From: an uncultured Candidatus Peribacteria bacterium
GTDB lineage: Bacteria; Patescibacteriota; Gracilibacteria; UBA1369
Length of the DNA stretch: 50,554 bases
NCBI GenBank assembly: GCA_964582265.1
Contig: CAZOQT010000005.1
Location: 1-50,554, forward strand
Reading direction: 5' to 3'
Position numbers and translations under genes: made by a program. The notes below the pieces were generated by a model. The model did not search any database, had not been told where the DNA came from, and saw only the letters and a program-made list of their open reading frames with translations. Each line of letters begins with the position of its first letter. The stretch's first letter is position 1. This document shows positions 19,644-26,895 of the stretch, piece by piece.

Positions 19644-20420
19644 ATGAGAATTTGGAAAGAAGGCTCTCTTCGCATCGGCATTAAAGATGCAAGAGAAATT
19701 CAATTAATGCGTGAAGGTGGAAAAATTTTGGGGTCGATCTTACAGCAACTTAAGTCAATGATCGTACCTGGAATTACCCCATTGGAACTTGACCAAAAAG
19801 CGGCCGAATTGATGGCTATAAATAAAGTAAAACCATCATTTTTAGGTTATCATGGATATCCCAACGTGCTTTGCATTAATGTTAATAATGTAGTTGTACA
19901 TGGAATTCCAAATAAAACACCATTATGTGAAGGAGATATTGTGACGATTGATTGTGGGGTAATCCATGAAGATTTTCATACCGATGCCGCAATTCAAACA
20001 GGCGTAGGAGAAATTACTCCGGAACTTGCAAAATTTTTAAACACAGCAGAAAAAGCTTTATACAAAGCCATAGAAACAGTTAAGCCAGGAATAAGAATCA
20101 GAGCAATCAGTGGAGTCATTCAGGATATTGTGGAAAAAGGCGGTTACGGTGTTGTTAGGGATTTGATTGGTCATGGTATTGGCCACAAATTGCATGAGGA
20201 CCCACCGGTTCCAAATTTCCGTGACGAACATGGTCCAATGTTACAGGTAGGTATGACCATCGCGATTGAACCAATCATTTGCATGGGCAGTCATAAAGTT
20301 AAAACTTTGCGCGACGGTTGGACCATTGTAAGCGCAGACGGACGGCCAGCAACTCAGATCGAACACACTATTGTAGTAACCCCAAAAGGAGCCGAAATTT
20401 TGACCAAAAGCCAGGATTAA
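19644..20420 (+). CDS. map: Methionine aminopeptidase type I
   Basis: 258 aa, VVHGIP, D..H..TI and GHGIGHKLHE metal ligand motifs. Confidence 0.96.
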   Translation: MRIWKEGSLRIGIKDAREIQLMREGGKILGSILQQLKSMIVPGITPLELDQKAAELMAINKVKPSFLGYHGYPNVLCINVNNVVVHGIPNKTPLCEGDIVTIDCGVIHEDFHTDAAIQTGVGEITPELAKFLNTAEKALYKAIETVKPGIRIRAISGVIQDIVEKGGYGVVRDLIGHGIGHKLHEDPPVPNFRDEHGPMLQVGMTIAIEPIICMGSHKVKTLRDGWTIVSADGRPATQIEHTIVVTPKGAEILTKSQD

Positions 20421-20475
20421 AAAAATGCCAAGATTGGGCTTGCAGAAGCACCTTAAAAAGCCTCAAAAAAATCCC

Positions 20476-20504
20476 TTGCATTGTTAAAAAATGTCATGTA
20501 AAAT
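20476..20504 (+). promoter_or_regulatory. Sigma70-like promoter for infA (TTGCAT-N17-TAAAAT)
   Basis: Hexamers at 20476-20481 and 20499-20504. Same -35 hexamer and spacing as the tuf promoter. Confidence 0.55.
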
Positions 20505-20565
20505 CCTAACGCTCTTTTGAAATTTTTTGGGCAAAAAACGTCTTAAATAAGCCTAATCCGTTCTT

Positions 20566-20874
20566 ATGGCAAAAGAGGTAATCGAACTACTGGGAGTAGT
20601 GGTTGAGGCGCTTCCAAACGCCACTTTCCGCGTTAAACTCCTGGATGAAAGATACCCAAATCATATCGTTCTCGCACATGTTTCCGGAAGAATGCGCATA
20701 AATTACATTCGCATTTTACCAGGCGACAAGGTCACTATTGAGCTGACTCCGTACGATCTGACCAAGGGCCGCATAATTTTTCGCCACAAAGAAGGCGCAA
20801 AGTTTGAAACAGCTGCGCCAGAACCAGTAGCGCCAGCCGCACCAGAACCGGCAAAAGAATCAGGGGAACAATAA
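20566..20874 (+). CDS. infA: Translation initiation factor IF-1 with ~30-aa Ala/Pro/Glu-rich C-terminal extension
   Basis: 102 aa. The S1-like core ([12 protein letters not shown]...[33 protein letters not shown]) is followed by [28 protein letters not shown]. Confidence 0.95.
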   Translation: MAKEVIELLGVVVEALPNATFRVKLLDERYPNHIVLAHVSGRMRINYIRILPGDKVTIELTPYDLTKGRIIFRHKEGAKFETAAPEPVAPAAPEPAKESGEQ

Positions 20875-20892
20875 TCTCGTTAACTTATAAAT

Positions 20893-21006
20893 ATGAAAGT
20901 TCGTTCATCAGTAAAGAAAATTTGTGATAAATGCAAAGTAATTCGCAGAAAAAATGTTGTTCGTGTAATTTGTATTACAAAAAAACATAAGCAGCGACAA
21001 GGTTAA
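20893..21006 (+). CDS. rpmJ: 50S ribosomal protein L36 (not in ORF track)
   Basis: Hand translation gives [37 protein letters not shown]. Canonical L36 sequence and position. Confidence 0.95.
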   Translation: MKVRSSVKKICDKCKVIRRKNVVRVICITKKHKQRQG

Positions 21007-21103
21007 TTGGGACGGGATCTTTAGGAGAAGCAGTGGGCACTCCTCTATCTTCACTCCAATGTTATAAACATTTTCATACATCATTAATCATTAATCAAAA
21101 AAA

Positions 21104-21487
21104 ATGGCAACAGTAGCTCGTATCGCAGGTGTTACTCTCCCCCAACAAAAAAGAGTTGAAATCGGCTTAATGGCTATTTATGGAATTGGTAGAAATCTGA
21201 GCAATCAAATTTTAGAAGAGGCTAATGTAAACCCCGATACTCGAGTTAAGGATCTGACAGAAGAAGAAATCGGCCGTCTCCGTGAAATTATTTCTAAGCA
21301 GGCAACAGAAGGTGACCTTAGAAGAAAAATTCAATTAGATATCAAACGTCTTCAGGAAATTGGTTCTTACCGTGGCTTTCGCCATCGCAAGGGCTTGCCT
21401 GTTCGTGGTCAACGCACACGTTCTAATGCGCGCACAAGAAAAGGCAAGAAGAAGACAGTTGCAAACAAGAAGGTTGTTACTAAATAA
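21104..21487 (+). CDS. rpsM: 30S ribosomal protein S13
   Basis: 127 aa, [25 protein letters not shown] start. Confidence 0.97.
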   Translation: MATVARIAGVTLPQQKRVEIGLMAIYGIGRNLSNQILEEANVNPDTRVKDLTEEEIGRLREIISKQATEGDLRRKIQLDIKRLQEIGSYRGFRHRKGLPVRGQRTRSNARTRKGKKKTVANKKVVTK

Positions 21488-21496
21488 TAAATAATC

Positions 21497-21528
21497 ATTA
21501 TTAATTACTAATTATTAATTACTAATTA
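21497..21528 (+). repeat. TAATTAY heptad leader motif (upstream of rpsK)
   Basis: ATTATTAATTACTAATTATTAATTACTAATTA, 2 nt before the ATG. Confidence 0.75.
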
Positions 21529-21530
21529 TC

Positions 21531-22022
21531 ATGGCAGACGAGAAGACCATTGAAGCAAAATCCGAGGTAAAAGAAGAAATTAAAGCTTCAGAAGCAAAAG
21601 CGGAAAAAGCTGAAACCAAAAAGGCTGGAAAGGCTGTTAAGGTTGCAAAGGGCAAAAAGAAACCAAAGCGCCGCCTTTTACAAGAAGGAAAAGCTTATAT
21701 TCAAGCAAGTTACAATAACACTATTGTTACAATTACAGACATGAACGGTGAAGTTATTGCTTGGAGCAGCGCCGGTTCAAATGGATTTAAGGGCGCTAAA
21801 AAGGCCACTCCTTACGCAGCTCAGATTTCTGCAGAAAACGCTGTAACTAAGGCTAAAGTTTATGGCTTGGAAAAAGTTCACGTCTTCATTAAGGGTGTTG
21901 GTACAGGTCGCGAACAATCAATCCGTGGTTTACAGGCAGGTGGAGTAAATATTGAATCAATTACCGATTTAACACCAATCCCACACAATGGTTGCCGTCC
22001 ACGCAAATCAAGAAGAGTGTAA
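21531..22022 (+). CDS. rpsK: 30S ribosomal protein S11 with ~40-aa Lys/Glu/Ala-rich N-terminal extension
   Basis: 163 aa. Core [18 protein letters not shown]...[13 protein letters not shown]. The N-terminal K/E/A-rich part is in frame from the ATG at 21531. Confidence 0.93.
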   Translation: MADEKTIEAKSEVKEEIKASEAKAEKAETKKAGKAVKVAKGKKKPKRRLLQEGKAYIQASYNNTIVTITDMNGEVIAWSSAGSNGFKGAKKATPYAAQISAENAVTKAKVYGLEKVHVFIKGVGTGREQSIRGLQAGGVNIESITDLTPIPHNGCRPRKSRRV

Positions 22023-22056
22023 ATTTAAAGTTCCCAGGGTGGAACACAAACAATTG

Positions 22057-22084
22057 CTAATTATTAATTACTAATTACTAACTA
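22057..22084 (+). repeat. TAATTAY heptad leader motif (upstream of rpsD)
   Basis: CTAATTATTAATTACTAATTACTAACTA, 3 nt before the ATG. Confidence 0.75.
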
Positions 22085-22087
22085 AAC

Positions 22088-22699
22088 ATGTCACGTTATA
22101 CAGGTCCCAAATGCCGTTTATGCCGCCGCGAAGGAGTTTCCCTATGTGGAAAGGAAAAATGCGCAATTAAAAAGAAGAACTATATTCCAGGTATGCACGG
22201 CCCAAAAGGCAGCTTTGCAAAGAAATCTGAATATGCTCGTCAATTACGTGAAAAGCAAAAATTGAAGAGACTTTTTGGTATTACTGAACGCCAACTTTCA
22301 AACTATTTTGAAAAAGCTGGTAAGATGAAGGACATCACTGGTGATGCACTTTTAAAACTACTTGAATATCGTTTAGACAACGTGATTTATCGTTCAGGCA
22401 TTGCTAAAACCAGAAATCAGGCACGTCAAATGGTTAATCACGGACTTTTTAAAGTTAATAACATAAAGATTAATATCCCTTCCCTTCAGATGAAGGTTGG
22501 TGATAAATTTGAAGCAATTGCCCGTATTAAAAAATCAAAGCTTTTCGCAGATCTCGAAAAGCAAAAATATGCTCCAGCAAAATGGCTGAAGGTTGATTAT
22601 AAAACCTTGAATGGAGAAGTAACTCGTCCTATTGAAAAGGAAGAGCTCGAAAGTATCATTCAGAGCAACTTGATCGTTGAGTATTACTCAAAAGCTTAG
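22088..22699 (+). CDS. rpsD: 30S ribosomal protein S4
   Basis: 203 aa, SRYTGPKCRLCRREG start, S4 RNA-binding domain. Confidence 0.97.
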   Translation: MSRYTGPKCRLCRREGVSLCGKEKCAIKKKNYIPGMHGPKGSFAKKSEYARQLREKQKLKRLFGITERQLSNYFEKAGKMKDITGDALLKLLEYRLDNVIYRSGIAKTRNQARQMVNHGLFKVNNIKINIPSLQMKVGDKFEAIARIKKSKLFADLEKQKYAPAKWLKVDYKTLNGEVTRPIEKEELESIIQSNLIVEYYSKA

Positions 22700-22784
22700 T
22701 CTAAGCTCTTAGACTAAATTAAGCTATAGCAATTATTCCCCCGCTGAGGCGGTGTGGAAAATAACCCCTAACCCCCTTTCTAGA

Positions 22785-23762
22785 ATGCATCAGATTCAAG
22801 AAGAAATCGGCATCCCAAAGATTAAAACTGAGAGAATCAGTAATAATCATGCCATTTTCACGGTTAGTCCTTTACCTCCAGGATATGGAATGACCATTGG
22901 TAATTCTTTCCGCCGTGTACTTTTGTCTTCTTTACCAGGTGCAAGTGTAACTGGAATTAAGATCGATGGCGTTAGTCACGAATATTCCACAATCAAGGGT
23001 GTTAAAGAAAGTGTTTTGGATTTAACTTTGAATTTGAAACTTCTTCAAATCAAAAAAACATCAAAAGAAGCTTCAACTTGCACACTTCACGTTACAAAAG
23101 AAGGTCCAGTTTACGCAAAAGACATTAAGTGTCCAAGCGACATCGAAATTCTAAACGGCGATCTATACCTTACTACCCTTGAAAAAGGCGCAAAATTAAA
23201 CATGGAGTTACGCGTTGAAAAAGGTGTTGGCTACATTCCTGCTCATTTACGCCAAAAAGAAGAAGGTGTTGATCCTGGAATGATTATTCTTGATGCTATT
23301 TATTCTCCTGTTAAGAAGGTACGTTACGATGTAGAAGCTACTCGCGTAGGCCAAATGACTAACCTGGATAAGCTCACAATGGAAGTACTCACAGATGGTT
23401 CAATTACTCCAGAAGATGCAGTTAAATTTGCTTCTAACATTCTTCAATCTTACTTCAACCTCTTCAATCAGGAAAACGCAATGGTTGAGGCTGATTACAT
23501 GTCAGATTTCAAAAAGATCGTAGAAAAAGAAAAAGCTGAAGAAAAGAACAAACCAGCTCAAGAAAGCTACACACCAATTGAAATTCTCGGTTTTTCTCCA
23601 CGCACTTTGAATGCTTTGATCAACGGAGGAATCGGTTCAATCGAACAATTATCAAAATGCACTGAAAGTAAATTGACTAATCTCCGTGGTTTTGGTAAAA
23701 AGGCACTCACTGAGGTAAAAAATGCACTTAAGGCCAAGAACCTAACGTTATCAGAAGAATAA
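22785..23762 (+). CDS. rpoA: DNA-directed RNA polymerase subunit alpha
   Basis: The ATG at 22785 (MHQIQEEIGIPKIK...) aligns with the usual alpha N-terminus; the GTG at 22752 in the ORF track is probably an over-extension. GNSFRRVLLSSLPGAS motif, C-terminal HhH domain. Confidence 0.93.
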   Translation: MHQIQEEIGIPKIKTERISNNHAIFTVSPLPPGYGMTIGNSFRRVLLSSLPGASVTGIKIDGVSHEYSTIKGVKESVLDLTLNLKLLQIKKTSKEASTCTLHVTKEGPVYAKDIKCPSDIEILNGDLYLTTLEKGAKLNMELRVEKGVGYIPAHLRQKEEGVDPGMIILDAIYSPVKKVRYDVEATRVGQMTNLDKLTMEVLTDGSITPEDAVKFASNILQSYFNLFNQENAMVEADYMSDFKKIVEKEKAEEKNKPAQESYTPIEILGFSPRTLNALINGGIGSIEQLSKCTESKLTNLRGFGKKALTEVKNALKAKNLTLSEE

Positions 23763-23782
23763 TTCTAAAAGAGCAAGCCACC

Positions 23783-23813
23783 ATACTAATTATTAATTAC
23801 TAATTACTAACTA
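23783..23813 (+). repeat. TAATTAY heptad leader motif (upstream of rplQ)
   Basis: ATACTAATTATTAATTACTAATTACTAACTA, 2 nt before the GTG. Confidence 0.75.
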
Positions 23814-23815
23814 AA

Positions 23816-24169
23816 GTGAGACATCAGAATACTAAATCCAAGCTCAGCCGACCACGAGATGCACGTCGTCTACTCCTCGGCAACCTGGCAACATCTCTCA
23901 TCATTCATGAGAAAATCCAGACTACCAAAGCTAAAGCAAAAGCTGTGCAACCACTCGTTGATCGCCTGATTTCTGTAGCTAAAACAAAGGAAAAGACTCT
24001 TGCTATTCGTGAACTAAATCGCGTTTTACACAGCGAACTTAGTGCCAAAAAAGTTATGGAAGAACTAACAAAACGTTACGCAGAAAGAACAAGTGGTTTT
24101 ACCAGAGTTATTCCAATTAAATTCCGTGCAGGAGATGCAGCTTTGCTAGTTCAAATAGAACTGGTGTAA
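23816..24169 (+). CDS. rplQ: 50S ribosomal protein L17
   Basis: 117 aa, GTG start, MRHQNTKSKLSRPRDARRLLLGNLA start. Confidence 0.96.
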   Translation: MRHQNTKSKLSRPRDARRLLLGNLATSLIIHEKIQTTKAKAKAVQPLVDRLISVAKTKEKTLAIRELNRVLHSELSAKKVMEELTKRYAERTSGFTRVIPIKFRAGDAALLVQIELV

Positions 24170-24193
24170 AGAAAACGCCCACAGGGCACCATC

Positions 24194-24225
24194 ATTACTA
24201 ATTATTAATTACTAATTACTAACTA
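24194..24225 (+). repeat. TAATTAY heptad leader motif (upstream of rplM)
   Basis: ATTACTAATTATTAATTACTAATTACTAACTA, 2 nt before the GTG. Confidence 0.75.
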
Positions 24226-24227
24226 AA

Positions 24228-24659
24228 GTGAAAACGTACTCCCCAAAACTAGAAGACATACAGCGCCAATGGTTTGTTGCTGATGTAAAAGGTAAGACTC
24301 TTGGAAAAGTTGCTACCAAAGTCGCTAATATCTTAAGAGGCAAAAACAAAGCAATGTTTTCTCCTCACCTTGATTGTGGCGATTTTGTAATTATTTTGAA
24401 CGCCAAAGAAATCCGTTTAACTGGTACAAAATCAACTTCAAAGCTTTATCATCATCACACACGCTACGGAAACGGTTTACGCACAACAACTCCTGCTGAA
24501 CTTATCCGCACTGGAAAACCTGAAGATATTCTTTTCCACGCTGTAGCTGGTATGATTCCTCAATCAAAACTCAAAAAAGATATTTTGAAGAAACTCAAGA
24601 TTTTTGGTGGCACAGAGCACAAACATACAGCACAAGAGCCAAAAACTTTGGAACTATAA
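24228..24659 (+). CDS. rplM: 50S ribosomal protein L13
   Basis: 143 aa, GTG start, WFVADVKGKTLGKVAT and GDFVIILNA motifs. Confidence 0.96.
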   Translation: MKTYSPKLEDIQRQWFVADVKGKTLGKVATKVANILRGKNKAMFSPHLDCGDFVIILNAKEIRLTGTKSTSKLYHHHTRYGNGLRTTTPAELIRTGKPEDILFHAVAGMIPQSKLKKDILKKLKIFGGTEHKHTAQEPKTLEL

Positions 24660-24667
24660 AGCGCAAC

Positions 24668-24698
24668 TACTAATTATTAATTATTAATTACTAATTGA
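24668..24698 (+). repeat. TAATTAY heptad leader motif (upstream of rpsI)
   Basis: TACTAATTATTAATTATTAATTACTAATTGA, 5 nt before the ATG at 24704. Confidence 0.75.
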
Positions 24699-24703
24699 AG
24701 AAA

Positions 24704-25141
24704 ATGGCAGATATAACCACTAAAACTAAAGTTACAGCAAAGAATCCTTCTCAGGAATATTTTTATGCTTCTGGAAAACGCAAAACTGCAATCGCTCGCG
24801 TTCGCCTTTACCCAAAGGGCAAAGGAAACGTAATCATAAACGAAAAACCAGTAGAAGAATATATTAAACTCAACACAAGCAAAGGTTTAATGCTTTCTCC
24901 TTTACGCATTACAGGTCTTGCAAAAGAATTTGATGTTTCTGTTAAGGTAATTGGTGGTGGCGTTAGTGCTCAAGCTGAAGCTATCCGTCACGGTATTGCC
25001 CGCGCACTGCTTGAATACAATGATGCTTTAAGAGCAACTTTAAAGAAAGCTGGATTTTTAACACGTGACGCTCGCATTAAAGAACGTAAGAAACCAGGTC
25101 TAAAACGTGCACGCCGCGCTCCACAGTTCAGCAAACGTTAA
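24704..25141 (+). CDS. rpsI: 30S ribosomal protein S9
   Basis: The ATG at 24704 is preferred, because the ORF-track TTG at 24695 lies inside the leader motif. GKRKTAIARV motif and ...KKPGLKRARRAPQFSKR end. Confidence 0.95.
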   Translation: MADITTKTKVTAKNPSQEYFYASGKRKTAIARVRLYPKGKGNVIINEKPVEEYIKLNTSKGLMLSPLRITGLAKEFDVSVKVIGGGVSAQAEAIRHGIARALLEYNDALRATLKKAGFLTRDARIKERKKPGLKRARRAPQFSKR

Positions 25142-25164
25142 GCACCAGGTATATACAAATCTTC

Positions 25165-25196
25165 AAAACCCCGCCGAAACGCGGGGTTTTTTGTTA
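25165..25196 (+). terminator. Intrinsic terminator after rpsI
   Basis: AAAACCCCGC-cgaaac-GCGGGGTTTTTTGTT: GC stem plus T-run. Confidence 0.85.
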
Positions 25197-25217
25197 TCTC
25201 TTCATTATTTACTTTTT

Positions 25218-25769
25218 TTACCTTCTAAAAGGTTTAACCGTTTTTACAGGTATTCTTGTAAGGTCTGTTGAACAAGTTTTTAACAAAAATTTATCCTTGT
25301 CTTCAGATAAGGCATTCCAATTATAATAAGCAGAATCAAAGGCCCTTGCCACAACCCATGTTCCATTATACATTTCGGTACAAATAAATCCCCTAAAAAC
25401 CTCCGGCTTAATTATTAATCCCGTTGGATTACCAACTTTCTTTTTATTAATTTGAGCTGGAAAATTCACAAAATGGGGTTGTCCAAATTTTCCACCAAGT
25501 TTAACTACACAAGGAACACCTTCTTCAATAACACTAAGGCCCAATATTTCTGATTGAAAAAAATTATTTTCCGCATTTACACAAACTGGCGCCATGGCCG
25601 GCATGACAATTACCGCACATTTTTCACTGCCGCATATAAGTTCAATTTTCCCGCCTATTTCAGAAATAATAAGTTCAGGCTTACCAAAAGCCGCAATAAT
25701 TTTGGCGTCAGGTGACACATCTATGTTCCCTCCTTCAGATTTATCAATTGTTAAGGCTCTACTATCCAT
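25218..25769 (-). CDS. Hypothetical protein, 183 aa
   Basis: Long ORF with host-like composition. No family recognised. Confidence 0.5.
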   Translation of the reverse strand: MDSRALTIDKSEGGNIDVSPDAKIIAAFGKPELIISEIGGKIELICGSEKCAVIVMPAMAPVCVNAENNFFQSEILGLSVIEEGVPCVVKLGGKFGQPHFVNFPAQINKKKVGNPTGLIIKPEVFRGFICTEMYNGTWVVARAFDSAYYNWNALSEDKDKFLLKTCSTDLTRIPVKTVKPFRR

Positions 25770-25798
25770 AAAAGAGTGCTAATATACTGTTTTGTATT

Positions 25799-25987
25799 TT
25801 ACTCTGGCTGATCATATTCACCCAAAACGCCATCAACAGCATCGCATTCCTCAATGCTTGCTAACCTTCGCCCAAATCCAGCAAGCAAATCACCGAAACC
25901 ATCACAATCATCTACAACAACTCCCGCTGCAATATCTTGATAAGATTGACCAACCTCATCTTGCCTAGGTCTTTGTATTGGAAGCAT
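25799..25987 (-). CDS. Hypothetical small acidic protein, 62 aa
   Basis: ORF directly upstream of and co-oriented with 25218..25769. Very acidic. Weak support. Confidence 0.3.
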   Translation of the reverse strand: MLPIQRPRQDEVGQSYQDIAAGVVVDDCDGFGDLLAGFGRRLASIEECDAVDGVLGEYDQPE

Positions 25988-26084
25988 ATATTTTTATTAA
26001 AGGGGTATATAGTACAACATTTTATAATAAAAAGCAAGTGTTAACCAAAAAATTGGCATGTTAAACTGTGCAAGGCCAATTTCC

Positions 26085-26096
26085 ATAATTACTAAT
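26085..26096 (+). repeat. Partial TAATTAY leader motif (upstream of trmD)
   Basis: ATAATTACTAAT is a single unit, the only copy seen outside the r-protein operons. Confidence 0.4.
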
Positions 26097-26107
26097 TTCC
26101 AATTAAC

Positions 26108-26806
26108 TTGCGCTTCGACCTGCTAACAATCTTTCCAGAAATATTTGATTCCTATTTAAAGGAAAGCATTATTAAAAGAGCCCTAGAAAGCGGCAAAATC
26201 AAAATCGTAGTGCATGACATTCGTAAATTTAGCCTGGATCGCCATCATAAAGTTGACGACAGCCCTTACGGCGGAGGTTCTGGCATGTTGATGATGCCTC
26301 AACCTATTTACGATTGTATTGCCCATGTTAAAACTTTAAATTCCGGTCCGGTGATTTTTATGAGCCCCAGAGGCAAAACACTCACACAGGTAAAAGCTGA
26401 ACAATTAGCCAAAATCGGCCAAAGCAAAAAACCATATCCCAGCAAATTAAAAAGCAAAGACTCCAAAGAAAATGGCTTAATACTGCTTTGCGGACGCTAT
26501 GAAGGTATCGACCAGCGCGCAATTGATTTAGCAATAGATGAAGAACTTTCTGTGGGTAAATTTGTATTAACCGGAGGCGAACTTGCTGCCATGATTGTTG
26601 TAGACTGCGTTAGTCGCCTTATCCCAGGCGTGCTTGGTGATGAAAATTCCCATATAGAAGAAAGCTTTTCTAAAGCCCTAAAACGCAAAAAAGAATATCC
26701 ACATTACACACGTCCAGAAGAATTTAAAGGGCTAAGAGTACCAGAAGTTTTATTAAGCGGTCATCATGCCAAAATCAAAAAATGGCGTGAAGAAAAGCTA
26801 AATTAA
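26108..26806 (+). CDS. trmD: tRNA (guanine37-N1)-methyltransferase
   Basis: 232 aa, TTG start, MRFDLLTIFPEIF start, GRYEGIDQR motif. There is an internal K/S-rich insertion. Confidence 0.93.
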   Translation: MRFDLLTIFPEIFDSYLKESIIKRALESGKIKIVVHDIRKFSLDRHHKVDDSPYGGGSGMLMMPQPIYDCIAHVKTLNSGPVIFMSPRGKTLTQVKAEQLAKIGQSKKPYPSKLKSKDSKENGLILLCGRYEGIDQRAIDLAIDEELSVGKFVLTGGELAAMIVVDCVSRLIPGVLGDENSHIEESFSKALKRKKEYPHYTRPEEFKGLRVPEVLLSGHHAKIKKWREEKLN

Positions 26807-26895
26807 ATCGTAAGCCCATACGTCAAAAAAAAATTTAGCTTTATTTATCACTGAATCCGGAATAAAATCCGTATAATTATTGATGAACCATTTTT

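Noticed and set aside
8790-24698. The heptad leader repeats, or the 13-mer repeats, as a CRISPR array
   Set aside because: Copies are separated by whole genes rather than by 25-50-nt spacers, and no cas genes are present.
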